A stretch of DNA of 64,000 bases from a virus (lineage: Duplodnaviria > Caudoviricetes): the IMG/VR virus record IMGVR_UViG_3300034062_005626. One strand, given 5' to 3'. Both the position numbers and the translations under genes were made by a program. The notes beneath the pieces were generated by a model. It was not told where the DNA came from, searched no databases, and worked only from the letters and a program-made list of their open reading frames with translations. Positions 9,326 to 19,749 of the stretch are shown piece after piece (position 1 is the first letter of the stretch; the number at the start of each line of letters is the position of its first letter).

Positions 9326-9988
9326 ATGTCAGCATTTAATTCAGACCCCCAAGTTGAAAATGAAATTTTAAAATTAAAAAAATTATTCAATGTAGAAACG
9401 GTTATAGAAACAGGTACTTATATTGGAGAAACCACTAAATTTTTCTGTGAAAATTTTAAAGATGTTTACGGTATCGAAATAAGTGAAAATTATTACACAA
9501 AAACAAAAGATACGTGTATCGAAAAAAATAATTTAAATCTTATTTTAAACTCATCTACAAATTTTTTAAATGACAACCTTTTAGAAATTGGTAAAGATAA
9601 AGAAGTAATTTTATTTTATTTAGATGCTCACTGGGATAATTATTGGCCATTAAAAGATGAAATTGACGCAATATCAAAAAATTATTTTAATAGGGCGATA
9701 ATTGTTATTGACGACTTTTATGTCCCAAATAGAGATTTTCAATTTGATACATATAATAACAATGTATGTAACTATGATTACATTAAAAATAATATTGAAA
9801 ATTGTTATGATGGATTTCAATATTATTTTTTGAACAAAACTCAAAGAAATTTACCAATAAGAAATGGAAATATAGGTGGGGTTGGTAAAATTTTTATTAT
9901 ACCAAACTTATTAATTAAAAAAAATAACATAAAAAACGAAACTATTTTTTTTGAAGAGAGAGGTAGTTTTTATTCAACAACCGAGTAA
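9326..9988 (+). CDS. class I SAM-dependent methyltransferase-like
   Basis: VIETGTYIGET, FYLDAHW, IVIDDF. Confidence 0.7.
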   Translation: MSAFNSDPQVENEILKLKKLFNVETVIETGTYIGETTKFFCENFKDVYGIEISENYYTKTKDTCIEKNNLNLILNSSTNFLNDNLLEIGKDKEVILFYLDAHWDNYWPLKDEIDAISKNYFNRAIIVIDDFYVPNRDFQFDTYNNNVCNYDYIKNNIENCYDGFQYYFLNKTQRNLPIRNGNIGGVGKIFIIPNLLIKKNNIKNETIFFEERGSFYSTTE

Positions 9989-9989
9989 T

Positions 9990-10715
9990 ATGATAGACGA
10001 AAAAACAAATTTTGGATTAAAAAAATATTCTGAAAAAATATATTCTCAATACTATGAGGATGGTATGATTAGAGAAGCGTTAGAATCTGTAAATAGCATA
10101 AACAAAGGGTTTTTTGTTGATGTCGGGTCTTGGGACGGTGTTTATTTAAGTAACACATATAGACTAATTAGGGACTTTGGGTTTAAAGGAATATGTATTG
10201 AGTCAAACGAGGAAAAACATAATCAGGCGGTTGAAAACTTCCAAAATATGGGGATTACCTGTATTAATACATTGCTATCGACAGAAAAGGATAATAGTTT
10301 AGATTATATTTTAAATAAAAATAATTGTCCTAAAGATTTTGATTTTTTATCAATAGACATTGACGGGATTGATTGGTGGGTATGGCATTCATTAAAGGAT
10401 TTTTCCCCTAAAGTAGTCATAATGGAGTATAACGCTAACCACAATAATTGTTCAATCGTTAGATATGACAAAAACTATGTGCACACAAATAATATAAATT
10501 ATTATGGTGCAACCCCACCAGCACTTTATTTGTTAGGTGAATATAAAAATTATGATTTAGTTGGGATGAACAGATTAAATATGATTTTTATTAGAAAGGA
10601 TTTAAACACATTACCTGTACTTAAATCCGAAGATATACCTTGGTATTCTCCTTGGGCTAATGGTTGCGATACGCCAATGTTGGACATAGATTACGATTAT
10701 ATAAAAAATTTATGA
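9990..10715 (+). CDS. FkbM-like methyltransferase
   Basis: YSQYYEDG, FVDVGSWDG, SIDIDGIDWWVW; start moved to ATG 9990. Confidence 0.8.
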   Translation: MIDEKTNFGLKKYSEKIYSQYYEDGMIREALESVNSINKGFFVDVGSWDGVYLSNTYRLIRDFGFKGICIESNEEKHNQAVENFQNMGITCINTLLSTEKDNSLDYILNKNNCPKDFDFLSIDIDGIDWWVWHSLKDFSPKVVIMEYNANHNNCSIVRYDKNYVHTNNINYYGATPPALYLLGEYKNYDLVGMNRLNMIFIRKDLNTLPVLKSEDIPWYSPWANGCDTPMLDIDYDYIKNL

Positions 10716-11800
10716 TAATAAAAAATATAAAAAGTTTATCTGAGTTAGATACATATCTAACATCTTTACAAACCAAAGAACTTAACTTAATAAATTATGT
10801 TTGGTTAGAATATGGGTTTTATCCAATTTTATTTAATGAATTGTTTTTACCATTCATAAATCAAACTAAAGGAAAAAAAATAGGTCTATGTTTTCCAGGT
10901 CACGAAGTTTTTTATGAACCTCATGTTGATTATCTTATTGTTTTAGAAAATTTTATAGACACCTCTAAAGCATACAAGGATAATAATGAGACTGACCTGT
11001 TATTAAATAATTTTTTAAAGTTTAAAGATAGGGGAGTTGCCTTTTGGTTTACTGTTAGAAATTTTGATGAAGACCAATATTGGTCCGTAATAAGCAAATA
11101 TGAATTTAGAAACATAATTTTCCCAATAGGAAAAGAGAAGGCGTGGGAAAATGACCTATTTATTCTTAAACCAGGGTACTGTTATGGTTCCGGTAAAGAC
11201 GGGGAATGGAATTTAGGTATGAATAAATGGTATTCAACAAATACTTTAGGGTGGGAGATTGAAACATGGAATCCGACATTTAATAAAAAATCTCACTTAA
11301 ACATAAAAAAATACAATACCTTTTTTGTTAAGAACTCATGGAAAAGTAGAGATTATTCATCCAACAATATAAATGATTTTTTAGTTGGTAAAAACGCAAC
11401 TGACGGTAAAAAAGGATATGGATTTGTTGACCATTCATTTTATAACGATGTGATAAATTACCATATAAATAATAAACTAGAAATTTTGGTGATAAATGAC
11501 CTTTGTTCTTTTCCTAAAATTGAAAGTGAATATGTCCATTATTTAGATATGGTCTCTTTTTTTGACACCAAATTGTTTTTGACTGTAATAGATAATTCTG
11601 AAAACTTTATTAGTACCTCAACATCACCTATAGATTTATCAACTTACTACTGTAATACAAATTTGGTTTTATTAGACGATAAACAAAATAAAATAAACTT
11701 TGTAAAAAAAATTCAAGACATTAAAAAAAAACAATGTATGTCGTTTAACGTTGGGGTTGATGACAATAATAAATTATATAACTTTTTAAAATGGAATTAG
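10712..11800 (+). CDS. hypothetical protein in glycan cluster
   Basis: ORF coupled to both neighbours; start moved to ATG 10712. Confidence 0.7.
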   Translation: MIIKNIKSLSELDTYLTSLQTKELNLINYVWLEYGFYPILFNELFLPFINQTKGKKIGLCFPGHEVFYEPHVDYLIVLENFIDTSKAYKDNNETDLLLNNFLKFKDRGVAFWFTVRNFDEDQYWSVISKYEFRNIIFPIGKEKAWENDLFILKPGYCYGSGKDGEWNLGMNKWYSTNTLGWEIETWNPTFNKKSHLNIKKYNTFFVKNSWKSRDYSSNNINDFLVGKNATDGKKGYGFVDHSFYNDVINYHINNKLEILVINDLCSFPKIESEYVHYLDMVSFFDTKLFLTVIDNSENFISTSTSPIDLSTYYCNTNLVLLDDKQNKINFVKKIQDIKKKQCMSFNVGVDDNNKLYNFLKWN

Positions 11801-12531
11801 AAAAAAAAATATCTTCTTGGATTACTAACTATTTAGACAACACAAACTTAAGTAGTTTAATTGTTGGTGTTAGTGGCGGTATAGATTCGGCTTTGACCTC
11901 TACGTTATGTGCTATGTCAAATAAAAAAACAATTGTGGTTAGTATACCAATATTTCAAAATGAATCTCAACTAAATTTAGCAAAAAAACATATTGAATGG
12001 TTGAAAAGTAATTTTAATAATGTAATTTCAATAGAAATTGATATGTCTGATGTTTTTAGTATGTTTGAGAAAAAATTTGACTCTTATCACAATCTTTCTT
12101 CAGCTAATTCAAAATCAAGATTACGTATGGTTACATTATATCACATATCATCATTAAATAATGGAATAGTTGTGGGTACAGGAAACAAAGTTGAGGATTT
12201 TGGTATTGGTTTTTTTACTAAATATGGGGACGGAGGAGTTGATATATCACCAATAGCAGATTTAACAAAAACTGAAGTAAGGGAATTAGCATCAAATTTA
12301 GGAATTATAGAAGAAATAATTCAAGCGGAGCCCACCGATGGTCTTTGGGACGACGATAGAACCGATGAACAACAAATTGGGGCAACTTATTCAGAGTTGG
12401 AATGGGCAATGTCTTTTGATGGAAATTTGAGCGACCTCACCGAAAAAGAAATTGATGTACTTCAAATATATAAAAAATTCAATAAAATGAACGCCCATAA
12501 AATGACTACTATACCAATTTTTAAAAAATGA
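11791..12531 (+). CDS. nadE: NH3-dependent NAD+ synthetase
   Basis: GVSGGIDSA, NSKSRLRMVTLY, GTGNKVE..GFFTKYGDGG, PTDGLW..RTDEQQIGATY. Confidence 0.92.
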   Translation: MELEKKISSWITNYLDNTNLSSLIVGVSGGIDSALTSTLCAMSNKKTIVVSIPIFQNESQLNLAKKHIEWLKSNFNNVISIEIDMSDVFSMFEKKFDSYHNLSSANSKSRLRMVTLYHISSLNNGIVVGTGNKVEDFGIGFFTKYGDGGVDISPIADLTKTEVRELASNLGIIEEIIQAEPTDGLWDDDRTDEQQIGATYSELEWAMSFDGNLSDLTEKEIDVLQIYKKFNKMNAHKMTTIPIFKK

Positions 12532-13244
12532 ATACATCACAAAAAGAATTGATAAGAGGTAAAGAAGTCCTTTTAGATAATAGAAGTTTTGAATATGGGG
12601 GTTCTTGGGGTAAAGATGGTACTAACGACCCTCTTTTTCTTGAAGAGTGTATGAAAATTATTGAAGAAAAAAATCATAAAGTAATTTTTGATATTGGTTC
12701 TAATACTGGCCAATTTATTTTTTTTTACCTTTTTAAATCCGATATTGAAACGTATTGTTTTGAACCATTAAAACCTGTATACGACACACTAAATAGTAAT
12801 ATTTTGTTAAATGATATAAAAAATGCCAACACATATAACTTCGCTTTGTGTAATGAGGATGGTGAAAGTTATATTTACAGGCCAGAAAATATGATTGCTT
12901 GTGGTATGTCTACCATGGGAGAAAAAGCATTAAGATTTAAAAACGAATTTGGGGTTGTAAAAGAAAAAATACAATGTAAAAAATTAGATACTTTTGTATT
13001 GGAAAAAAAATTAAAAAAAATTGACTTTATAAAAATAGATACAGAAGGATTTGAATATTTTGTTTTACTTGGTGGTTTTAATACTTTACAAAAACACAAA
13101 CCAGACTTAGTAATTGAGTATCAAAAACTTAACATGTCTCAGTGTGGTGTTGAAGAAGATAAACTTAAAACCCTATTAGAAAGTATTGGGTATAATTATT
13201 TTAAATTTTTAAGCGGAGAAGATTTATATTGTAGTTATGTATAA
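12528..13244 (+). CDS. FkbM family methyltransferase
   Basis: FDIGSNTG, CFEP, IDFIKIDTEGFE. Confidence 0.88.
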   Translation: MNTSQKELIRGKEVLLDNRSFEYGGSWGKDGTNDPLFLEECMKIIEEKNHKVIFDIGSNTGQFIFFYLFKSDIETYCFEPLKPVYDTLNSNILLNDIKNANTYNFALCNEDGESYIYRPENMIACGMSTMGEKALRFKNEFGVVKEKIQCKKLDTFVLEKKLKKIDFIKIDTEGFEYFVLLGGFNTLQKHKPDLVIEYQKLNMSQCGVEEDKLKTLLESIGYNYFKFLSGEDLYCSYV

Positions 13245-14142
13245 TTTAATTATTTCAAATGCGGCGGGAACTTTCAGTACAATATTGAAGTACATTTCTT
13301 GGATGTGCGTACAAGAAAAAAATAGAGATACAATAAACTTATTTTTTGATTTTAGAAATAAAACAAAGGTTTCAGGTAACACTTTATTAAATTATGGTAC
13401 TTCAGATTTAAATTTAATTAATTTTTCACAAACAAGTGAAAACATTTTTGATATGTTTTTTAATATTAAAAATGTTGGTTTATACCCATATAACTCTAAA
13501 TATGTTGAGCAATACCCTTATGAAATTAAAAACATTATAAAAAATTATCCAGAACATTTAATTAAATATGAGGGTAGGGGTTGTGATGTAAAACAATATT
13601 TTGACGATTCAGAAATTAAAAAAATTAGGTCTGAATTTAATAAACAGTGGGAAAGGTTAGATTTATCACCAAACTTAAAAAAAAGAATCAATGTAGAAGT
13701 CGACCCATTTTTTAGAAATAATCATAGAATTTTATGTGCTATGATTAGGTATTCAGACCATTATGTTGGTGATTTTTCGTATGAAAAAATTTTTGAAGAG
13801 ATTGATGATAAAATGAAAAATTTTGATAAATTATTGTTAATAACACAATTATTACCTGTTGTGGAAATTCTTAAAGAAAAATATGGAAATAATTTAATTT
13901 ATTTTGAGAATAGACATAGAGTTAATGATTATAAAACTGATTGGGATGGGGGTAGGAATATAAGTATGAGTGATGAATCATTTATACGTGAAACCGAAGA
14001 TTGTATAATAGATGTCATAGCGGCTAGTAAAAGCCATTTTGTTTTAGGAGGTGCTAGTAATATGTTTTTAGGAGCACTTTCTATTAATAAAGATTTAAAT
14101 TATAAAATTTTCGACGTATTAATAAACAATATAGGTAGATAA
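13237..14142 (+). CDS. putative O-fucosyltransferase/NodZ-like glycosyltransferase
   Basis: G.FS near the N-terminus, AMIRYSD, IIDVIAASKSHFVLGGASN. Confidence 0.55.
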   Translation: MYNLIISNAAGTFSTILKYISWMCVQEKNRDTINLFFDFRNKTKVSGNTLLNYGTSDLNLINFSQTSENIFDMFFNIKNVGLYPYNSKYVEQYPYEIKNIIKNYPEHLIKYEGRGCDVKQYFDDSEIKKIRSEFNKQWERLDLSPNLKKRINVEVDPFFRNNHRILCAMIRYSDHYVGDFSYEKIFEEIDDKMKNFDKLLLITQLLPVVEILKEKYGNNLIYFENRHRVNDYKTDWDGGRNISMSDESFIRETEDCIIDVIAASKSHFVLGGASNMFLGALSINKDLNYKIFDVLINNIGR

Positions 14143-14146
14143 AAAA

Positions 14147-15154
14147 ATGAAAAAAATTGTAGTTTTAGGTGGCGGTGGATTCATAGGTGGACATTTAGCC
14201 AAAAGTTTAAAAGAAAAAGGTAATCATGTTAGAATATGTGATATAAAAAAACACGAATATTTCAAACACGAAGAAATATGTAATGAATTTGTTTTAGGTG
14301 ACTTAAGAGACCCTAACGTTGTCCAATTAGTTATTGAAGAAGGAGTTGATGAAGTTTATCAATTGGCTGCAGATATGGGTGGTGCGGGATATATTTTTAC
14401 AGGAGAAAATGATGCGAATGTTATGCATAATTCGGCATTAATTAATTTAAATGTAGTTCATGAGTGTGTTAAAAAACAAGTTAAAAAAGTTTTTTATTCT
14501 TCTTCAGCTTGTATGTACCCCGAACACAACCAATTAGACCCATTAAACCCAAATTGCGAAGAATCTTCAGCGTATCCCGCAAATCCAGATTCCGAATATG
14601 GGTGGGAAAAATTATTTAGTGAGAGGTTATATTTAGCATTCAATAGAAACTATGGGTTAGATGTTAGAATCGCCAGATTTCACAATATTTTCGGTCCTTT
14701 TGGTACGTGGGTTGGGGGTAAAGAAAAGGCTCCCGCGGCTATGTGTAGAAAGGCCTGTGAATCAAAAAATGGTGACCAAATTGAGGTATGGGGTGACGGT
14801 CAACAAACACGTTCATTTCTTTACATTGATGAGTGTTTAGAGGCGGTTTTTAAACTTATGGAAAGTAATTTTACAAACCCGGTTAATATTGGTTCTGAAG
14901 AAAAAGTTACAATAAATGAATTAGCACAAATGGCAATTAACATCTCAGGTAAGGATATAAAAATTAAAAATATTTTTGGTGATGAATTTATTAAAAAATA
15001 TGGATTCAAATGTCCTATAGGTGTTAGAGGTAGGACATCCGACAACAGTCTTTATGAAAAAACCGTTGGGTGGAAGGTTTCTAAACCACTTAAAGATGGT
15101 TTAGAAAAAACCTTACACTGGATTGATAATCAAATCAAAATTAAAAATGTATAA
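14147..15154 (+). CDS. GDP-mannose 3,5-epimerase-like SDR
   Basis: GGGGFIGGHL, QLAADMGGAGYI, SSACMYP, PDSEYGWEKL, KEKAPAAMCRK. Confidence 0.85.
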   Translation: MKKIVVLGGGGFIGGHLAKSLKEKGNHVRICDIKKHEYFKHEEICNEFVLGDLRDPNVVQLVIEEGVDEVYQLAADMGGAGYIFTGENDANVMHNSALINLNVVHECVKKQVKKVFYSSSACMYPEHNQLDPLNPNCEESSAYPANPDSEYGWEKLFSERLYLAFNRNYGLDVRIARFHNIFGPFGTWVGGKEKAPAAMCRKACESKNGDQIEVWGDGQQTRSFLYIDECLEAVFKLMESNFTNPVNIGSEEKVTINELAQMAINISGKDIKIKNIFGDEFIKKYGFKCPIGVRGRTSDNSLYEKTVGWKVSKPLKDGLEKTLHWIDNQIKIKNV

Positions 15155-16130
15155 AAAAAAAGTTTTAATAACAGGTATAAATGGTCAAGATGGTTCATAT
15201 TTGACTGAATTTTTATTAGATAAAAGTTATGAAGTGTGGGGGATGGTAAAAAGAAATTCAGTACCAGAAACACAATCATCAAGAATTGAACACTTGAGGG
15301 AAAATAAAATTATAAATTTGGAGTACGGTGATTTAACAGATATGGCTTCTTTGGTAAATATTATTCAAAAAGTCCAACCTGACGAAATTTATAACTTAGC
15401 CGCTCAATCACATGTTCGAGTTAGTTTTGACCAACCAATATACACAACAAACACAACTGGTTTAGGGACTTTAAATTTATTAGAAGCGGTCAGAATGGTG
15501 TCACCACATTCAAAAATTTATCAAGCATCATCTTCTGAAATGTTTGGTAATATGGTAGACGAAGACGGGTTCCAAAGAGAAACGACCCCTATGAACCCCG
15601 TTTCACCTTATGGTTGTGCAAAAGTATTTTCTTATAATATATGTAGAAATTATAGAAATTCATATAACATGAAAATATGGAACGGCATACTTTTTAATCA
15701 CGAATCACCAAGACGAGGAACTAATTTTGTAACTAATAAAGTGGTAAAGGGTGCCGTAAGAATTAAACTTGGTTTACAAAATAAATTAAGTTTAGGTAAT
15801 TTACAAGCCAGTAGAGATTGGGGGCATGCTAAAGATTATGTAAGGGCTATGTGGTTAATGCTACAAACAGAAACACCAGACGATTATGTATGCGCCACAG
15901 GAGTATCACATTCTGTAAAAGACTTGTGCGAATACACTTTTTCAAAACTTAATTTAAATTACAAAGATTATGTTGTGGTAGATGAGAAAAATTTTAGACC
16001 GGAAGAATTACATAATTTAAAAGGAGATTCATCCAAAATGAAGTCAAAAATAAATTGGGAACCTGAATACACATTCGAGTCAATGTTAGATGAAATGATT
16101 CAATACTGGTTAAATTATTATGATAAGTAA
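15147..16130 (+). CDS. gmd: GDP-mannose 4,6-dehydratase
   Basis: TGINGQDGSYL, NLAAQSHV, QASSSEMFG, SPYGCAK, NHESPRRG, RDWGHAKDYV. Confidence 0.95.
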   Translation: MYKKKVLITGINGQDGSYLTEFLLDKSYEVWGMVKRNSVPETQSSRIEHLRENKIINLEYGDLTDMASLVNIIQKVQPDEIYNLAAQSHVRVSFDQPIYTTNTTGLGTLNLLEAVRMVSPHSKIYQASSSEMFGNMVDEDGFQRETTPMNPVSPYGCAKVFSYNICRNYRNSYNMKIWNGILFNHESPRRGTNFVTNKVVKGAVRIKLGLQNKLSLGNLQASRDWGHAKDYVRAMWLMLQTETPDDYVCATGVSHSVKDLCEYTFSKLNLNYKDYVVVDEKNFRPEELHNLKGDSSKMKSKINWEPEYTFESMLDEMIQYWLNYYDK

Positions 16131-17031
16131 GATATTAGTTACAGGTGGTAATGGTTTAGTGGGTTCTGAGTTTGTTGGTGAAAAATATTATAAGCCAACG
16201 TCCAAAGAATATAATCTCAAAAATACGGATGACGCGAATCGTTTAATGTTGAAAAGGTTTGAAAGTGTAATTCACACCGCAGGTAGAGTGGGAGGATTGG
16301 GTAGTAATATAAATCACAAGGGAGAATTTTTTTATGAAAATATTATGATAAATACAAATGTGATTGAATCGGCAAGAATTAGTGGTGTTAAAAATTTAGT
16401 ATCTTTTTTGTCAACATGTATTTTTCCTGATAGTACGGAATACCCATTAACTGAAAAAAAAATACACATGGGTCCACCTCATTTTTCAAATGACGCTTAC
16501 GCTTACGCAAAACGTATGGTTGATGTCCAAATACGTGCATATAAAGAACAATACGGTTTAAATTATAAATCAGTTATACCTACTAATATTTATGGCCCAA
16601 ACGATAATTATGACATCAAAAATGGTCACGTAATTCCTTCACTAATTCATAAATGTTATTTAGCAAGAGAACATAAAACACCACTAACTATTTGGGGTAG
16701 TGGGAATCCACTAAGAGAGTTTATTTTTAGTAGAGATGTTGCTAAATTAACCGAGTGGGTTCTTTTTAACTATGACGAAAACGAACCAATAATACTTTCT
16801 ACCTCGGACGAGATTTCAATAAAAGAAGTTGTGGGTATAATAGTTGAAATTATGAATTTTAAAGGTGAAGTTAAGTTTGATACAACAAAACCTGACGGAC
16901 AATATAGAAAACCTTCAGACAACTCCAAAATTAAAAGTTATTTACCTGACTTTAATTTTACAAACCTTTTTGATGGATTAAAAGAAACTATTGAATATTT
17001 TGAAAAATACTATAATGTTGTAAGAAAATAA
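16120..17031 (+). CDS. fcl: GDP-L-fucose synthase
   Basis: VGGLGSN, FLSTCIFP, YAYAKR, PTNIYGPNDNY, HVIPSLI, WGSGNPLREF, KPDG. Confidence 0.92.
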   Translation: MISKILVTGGNGLVGSEFVGEKYYKPTSKEYNLKNTDDANRLMLKRFESVIHTAGRVGGLGSNINHKGEFFYENIMINTNVIESARISGVKNLVSFLSTCIFPDSTEYPLTEKKIHMGPPHFSNDAYAYAKRMVDVQIRAYKEQYGLNYKSVIPTNIYGPNDNYDIKNGHVIPSLIHKCYLAREHKTPLTIWGSGNPLREFIFSRDVAKLTEWVLFNYDENEPIILSTSDEISIKEVVGIIVEIMNFKGEVKFDTTKPDGQYRKPSDNSKIKSYLPDFNFTNLFDGLKETIEYFEKYYNVVRK

Positions 17032-17035
17032 TCAA

Positions 17036-17770
17036 ATGACAAGAAAAAAAATAACAACAGAAGAACCTGTAATTCCACAAACATTTTCAAAAAAAGATTT
17101 CATAAATGCAACAATCAAAAGAAAACAAAAAAGTAAATTTTTATCTGACAACCAAAAAGACTACTACGATATTTTATTAAGTAATCAAATTACAATCTGT
17201 TCAGGACCTGCGGGTGTTGGTAAAAGTTACATTTCTATGAAAGCAGCTGTCGATTTATTAATTGACCCATCGAACTCATATGAAAAAATAATTATTGTAA
17301 GACCTGCAGTTGAGGCTGAAGAAAAATTGGGTTCCTTACCCGGTAATTTAGAAGAGAAATTAGACCCTTATATTTTTCCATCTTATTATTTATTAAATAA
17401 AATTATTGGTAAGGATGCCAGAGAAAAACTAAAAGAGTCGGAAATAATTGAAGTTTTTGCTTTAGCATATATGAGAGGTATGAATATTGATAATTCTATT
17501 TTAATATTTGAGGAAGCTCAAAACGCAACTCCAAATCAAATTAAATTACTATTGACAAGAATCGGTTTTAATAGTAAATTTTTCATATCTGGTGACTTGG
17601 AGCAAACTGACAGATATAAGGATAAAAAACAATCAGGACTATACGACGCCCTTCAAAGATTTCAAAATGTAAACGATATTGGAATTTATGATTTTAGAAA
17701 TGCAAAAAACGTAAGAAACCCATTAATTGGTAAAATTTTAGAAAGATACGATGAAGAAAATAGGAATTGA
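17036..17770 (+). CDS. phoH: PhoH family ATPase
   Basis: GPAGVGKS, RPAVEAEEKLGSLPG, YMRG, EEAQN, SGDLEQTD. Confidence 0.93.
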   Translation: MTRKKITTEEPVIPQTFSKKDFINATIKRKQKSKFLSDNQKDYYDILLSNQITICSGPAGVGKSYISMKAAVDLLIDPSNSYEKIIIVRPAVEAEEKLGSLPGNLEEKLDPYIFPSYYLLNKIIGKDAREKLKESEIIEVFALAYMRGMNIDNSILIFEEAQNATPNQIKLLLTRIGFNSKFFISGDLEQTDRYKDKKQSGLYDALQRFQNVNDIGIYDFRNAKNVRNPLIGKILERYDEENRN

Positions 17771-18398
17771 AGTTAATGGCGTGTTAAGAAATACCTTGGG
17801 TAAAATTCAACAAACTTATGAAAAGTTTTTGATTGAAAACAACTCAACAGAAAAAACTTATATTTTGGATGAGTCAGGTAATACTGAATCAATTATACAG
17901 GAAGAAGAGTTTGAATACGAGGTGTTAGGTAATATTGACAGCCTTAATTTATTAAACCATTTTAAGTTTAAGTCTGATGATGAACTTTATGAGTTTTTAT
18001 ATCAAGAATTTGCGATGCAAATATTTGGTCATGCTGAATCTTCAGAGATGCACACATTTCATACCTTAAATGACATTTATTTAAAATATCGAAGTACAAA
18101 TGATATTGTAATTATATCTGATGAAATTGGTAAATCTAAACCGGCCACATTATTTTTTTTATCAAAGTTTGGTTGTCAAATTGAAAAAATTAAATTTTAT
18201 TCAGACACCACTAAAAACTCAATTTGGGATGAGGTTGATGTTTTAGTTAGTGCAAATCCAAGTTTAATTGAAGACCATCCAGAAAACAAAGTTGTTATAA
18301 AGTTCAATACTCAGTATAACAAAACAAATAAATCTGAACACGAAATCAGTTCACTTAAAGAATTAGATGAATGTTTACAAAAATTAGGAATATGTTAG
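17751..18398 (+). CDS. hypothetical, possibly degenerate HAD/5'-nucleotidase fold
   Basis: IGIEVNGVLRN resembles HAD motif I. Confidence 0.6.
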   Translation: MKKIGIEVNGVLRNTLGKIQQTYEKFLIENNSTEKTYILDESGNTESIIQEEEFEYEVLGNIDSLNLLNHFKFKSDDELYEFLYQEFAMQIFGHAESSEMHTFHTLNDIYLKYRSTNDIVIISDEIGKSKPATLFFLSKFGCQIEKIKFYSDTTKNSIWDEVDVLVSANPSLIEDHPENKVVIKFNTQYNKTNKSEHEISSLKELDECLQKLGIC

Positions 18399-18676
18399 AA
18401 TTTTTAGGTGAAAGATATTATATCGACGTACAGGAGATAGAAAATAAAATTGCAATTGCCAACCCCACTTTAGAATCAACTGAAGTTGATGGTCAAATTG
18501 AACCACACATAAGTGTTTCAAAATGGGAAGTATATAAAAATTTAGTAGATGTTATATTATCCGAAAGAGAAGAGCTTGATGAAAATTTAGGTATACATAG
18601 TGCCAAAAATTTATCAATCCCTTTTAAATTCGCATTCAATACTTTACTAATAAACAACATAATAAAAAAGTTATAA
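18392..18676 (+). CDS. hypothetical protein
   Basis: ORF in operon; start moved to ATG 18392. Confidence 0.7.
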   Translation: MLEFLGERYYIDVQEIENKIAIANPTLESTEVDGQIEPHISVSKWEVYKNLVDVILSEREELDENLGIHSAKNLSIPFKFAFNTLLINNIIKKL

Positions 18677-18680
18677 TAAA

Positions 18681-19745
18681 ATGGAATTAGACAAAATTAA
18701 AAAAATTGAAACGTCAGTTGAAAAACTTGGAAATAAAACCGCAAGAATTTATTTTTTAGTTCAAGACACAAAAGGAAACCCAAAGGCGGGTGTTTCTTAC
18801 ATTTATCAAATGGCAATGTCCTTGTTGAAAAAAGGATTTAACGTAAAAATGATTCACGAAACAAATGATTACCAAGGAGTTGGTGATTGGTTAGGTAAAG
18901 AATATATGGAAATTGAACATATCGCAATTGAAGGTCAGAATCTTCCTATTTCACCTGAAGATTTTGTTGTTATTCCTGAATTGTACGCGCACGTTATGGA
19001 GCAACTTAAAAATTATCCATGTGGTAAATTGGTGTTGTGTCAAGCATATGATTACATGTTAGAAACTTTACCTCCAGGTATTTCATGGGCTAATTATGGA
19101 TTTTTAAAAAGTATTAGTACTTCTGAATTTCAAAAAGAATATATCAAATCAGTTTTTAAAAATGTAAGTGTTGACGTTGTTGAACCTCTTATCTCTGAAG
19201 TATTCAGTAAAAAAGACAAACCATCAAAGCCAATTGTTTCTATTCACTGTAGAGAACCAAGAGACACTGCAAAAATTATCAAAAGTTTCTATTTGAAATA
19301 TCCTCAGTATCGTTGGTTTACTTTTAGAGACATGAAAAACATTAGTCAAACAGACTTTTCAAAGTTTTTAAAAGAATCTTTTGTTTCGGTTTGGGTTGAT
19401 AGAGAGTCTGGATTTGGTACATTCCCAATCGAAAGTATGATTTCAAACACTCCAGTAATTGGTGTGGTTCCTAATTTAAAACCTGATTGGATGAATGAAA
19501 ATAACGGTATTTGGACATATTCTTTTAACGAAATTATAGACGTTTTAGCAAATTTTGCACAAAATTGGTTAGAAGACAACATCAACGAAGAGTTGTATAC
19601 TAAAATGTCTGAAACAGGTGAAAAATATCAAAATAAAGAATTATTTGATAATAAAATTGAATCTTTGTTTGTTGATTATTTCAACGTAAGAAAAGAAATG
19701 TTTAGTCAACAATTAGAAAAATTAAAAATAACTGAAGAAAAATAA
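18681..19745 (+). CDS. GT-B glycosyltransferase-like
   Basis: GVSYIYQMA, ESGFGTFPIESM, context. Confidence 0.7.
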   Translation: MELDKIKKIETSVEKLGNKTARIYFLVQDTKGNPKAGVSYIYQMAMSLLKKGFNVKMIHETNDYQGVGDWLGKEYMEIEHIAIEGQNLPISPEDFVVIPELYAHVMEQLKNYPCGKLVLCQAYDYMLETLPPGISWANYGFLKSISTSEFQKEYIKSVFKNVSVDVVEPLISEVFSKKDKPSKPIVSIHCREPRDTAKIIKSFYLKYPQYRWFTFRDMKNISQTDFSKFLKESFVSVWVDRESGFGTFPIESMISNTPVIGVVPNLKPDWMNENNGIWTYSFNEIIDVLANFAQNWLEDNINEELYTKMSETGEKYQNKELFDNKIESLFVDYFNVRKEMFSQQLEKLKITEEK

Positions 19746-19749
19746 TATT

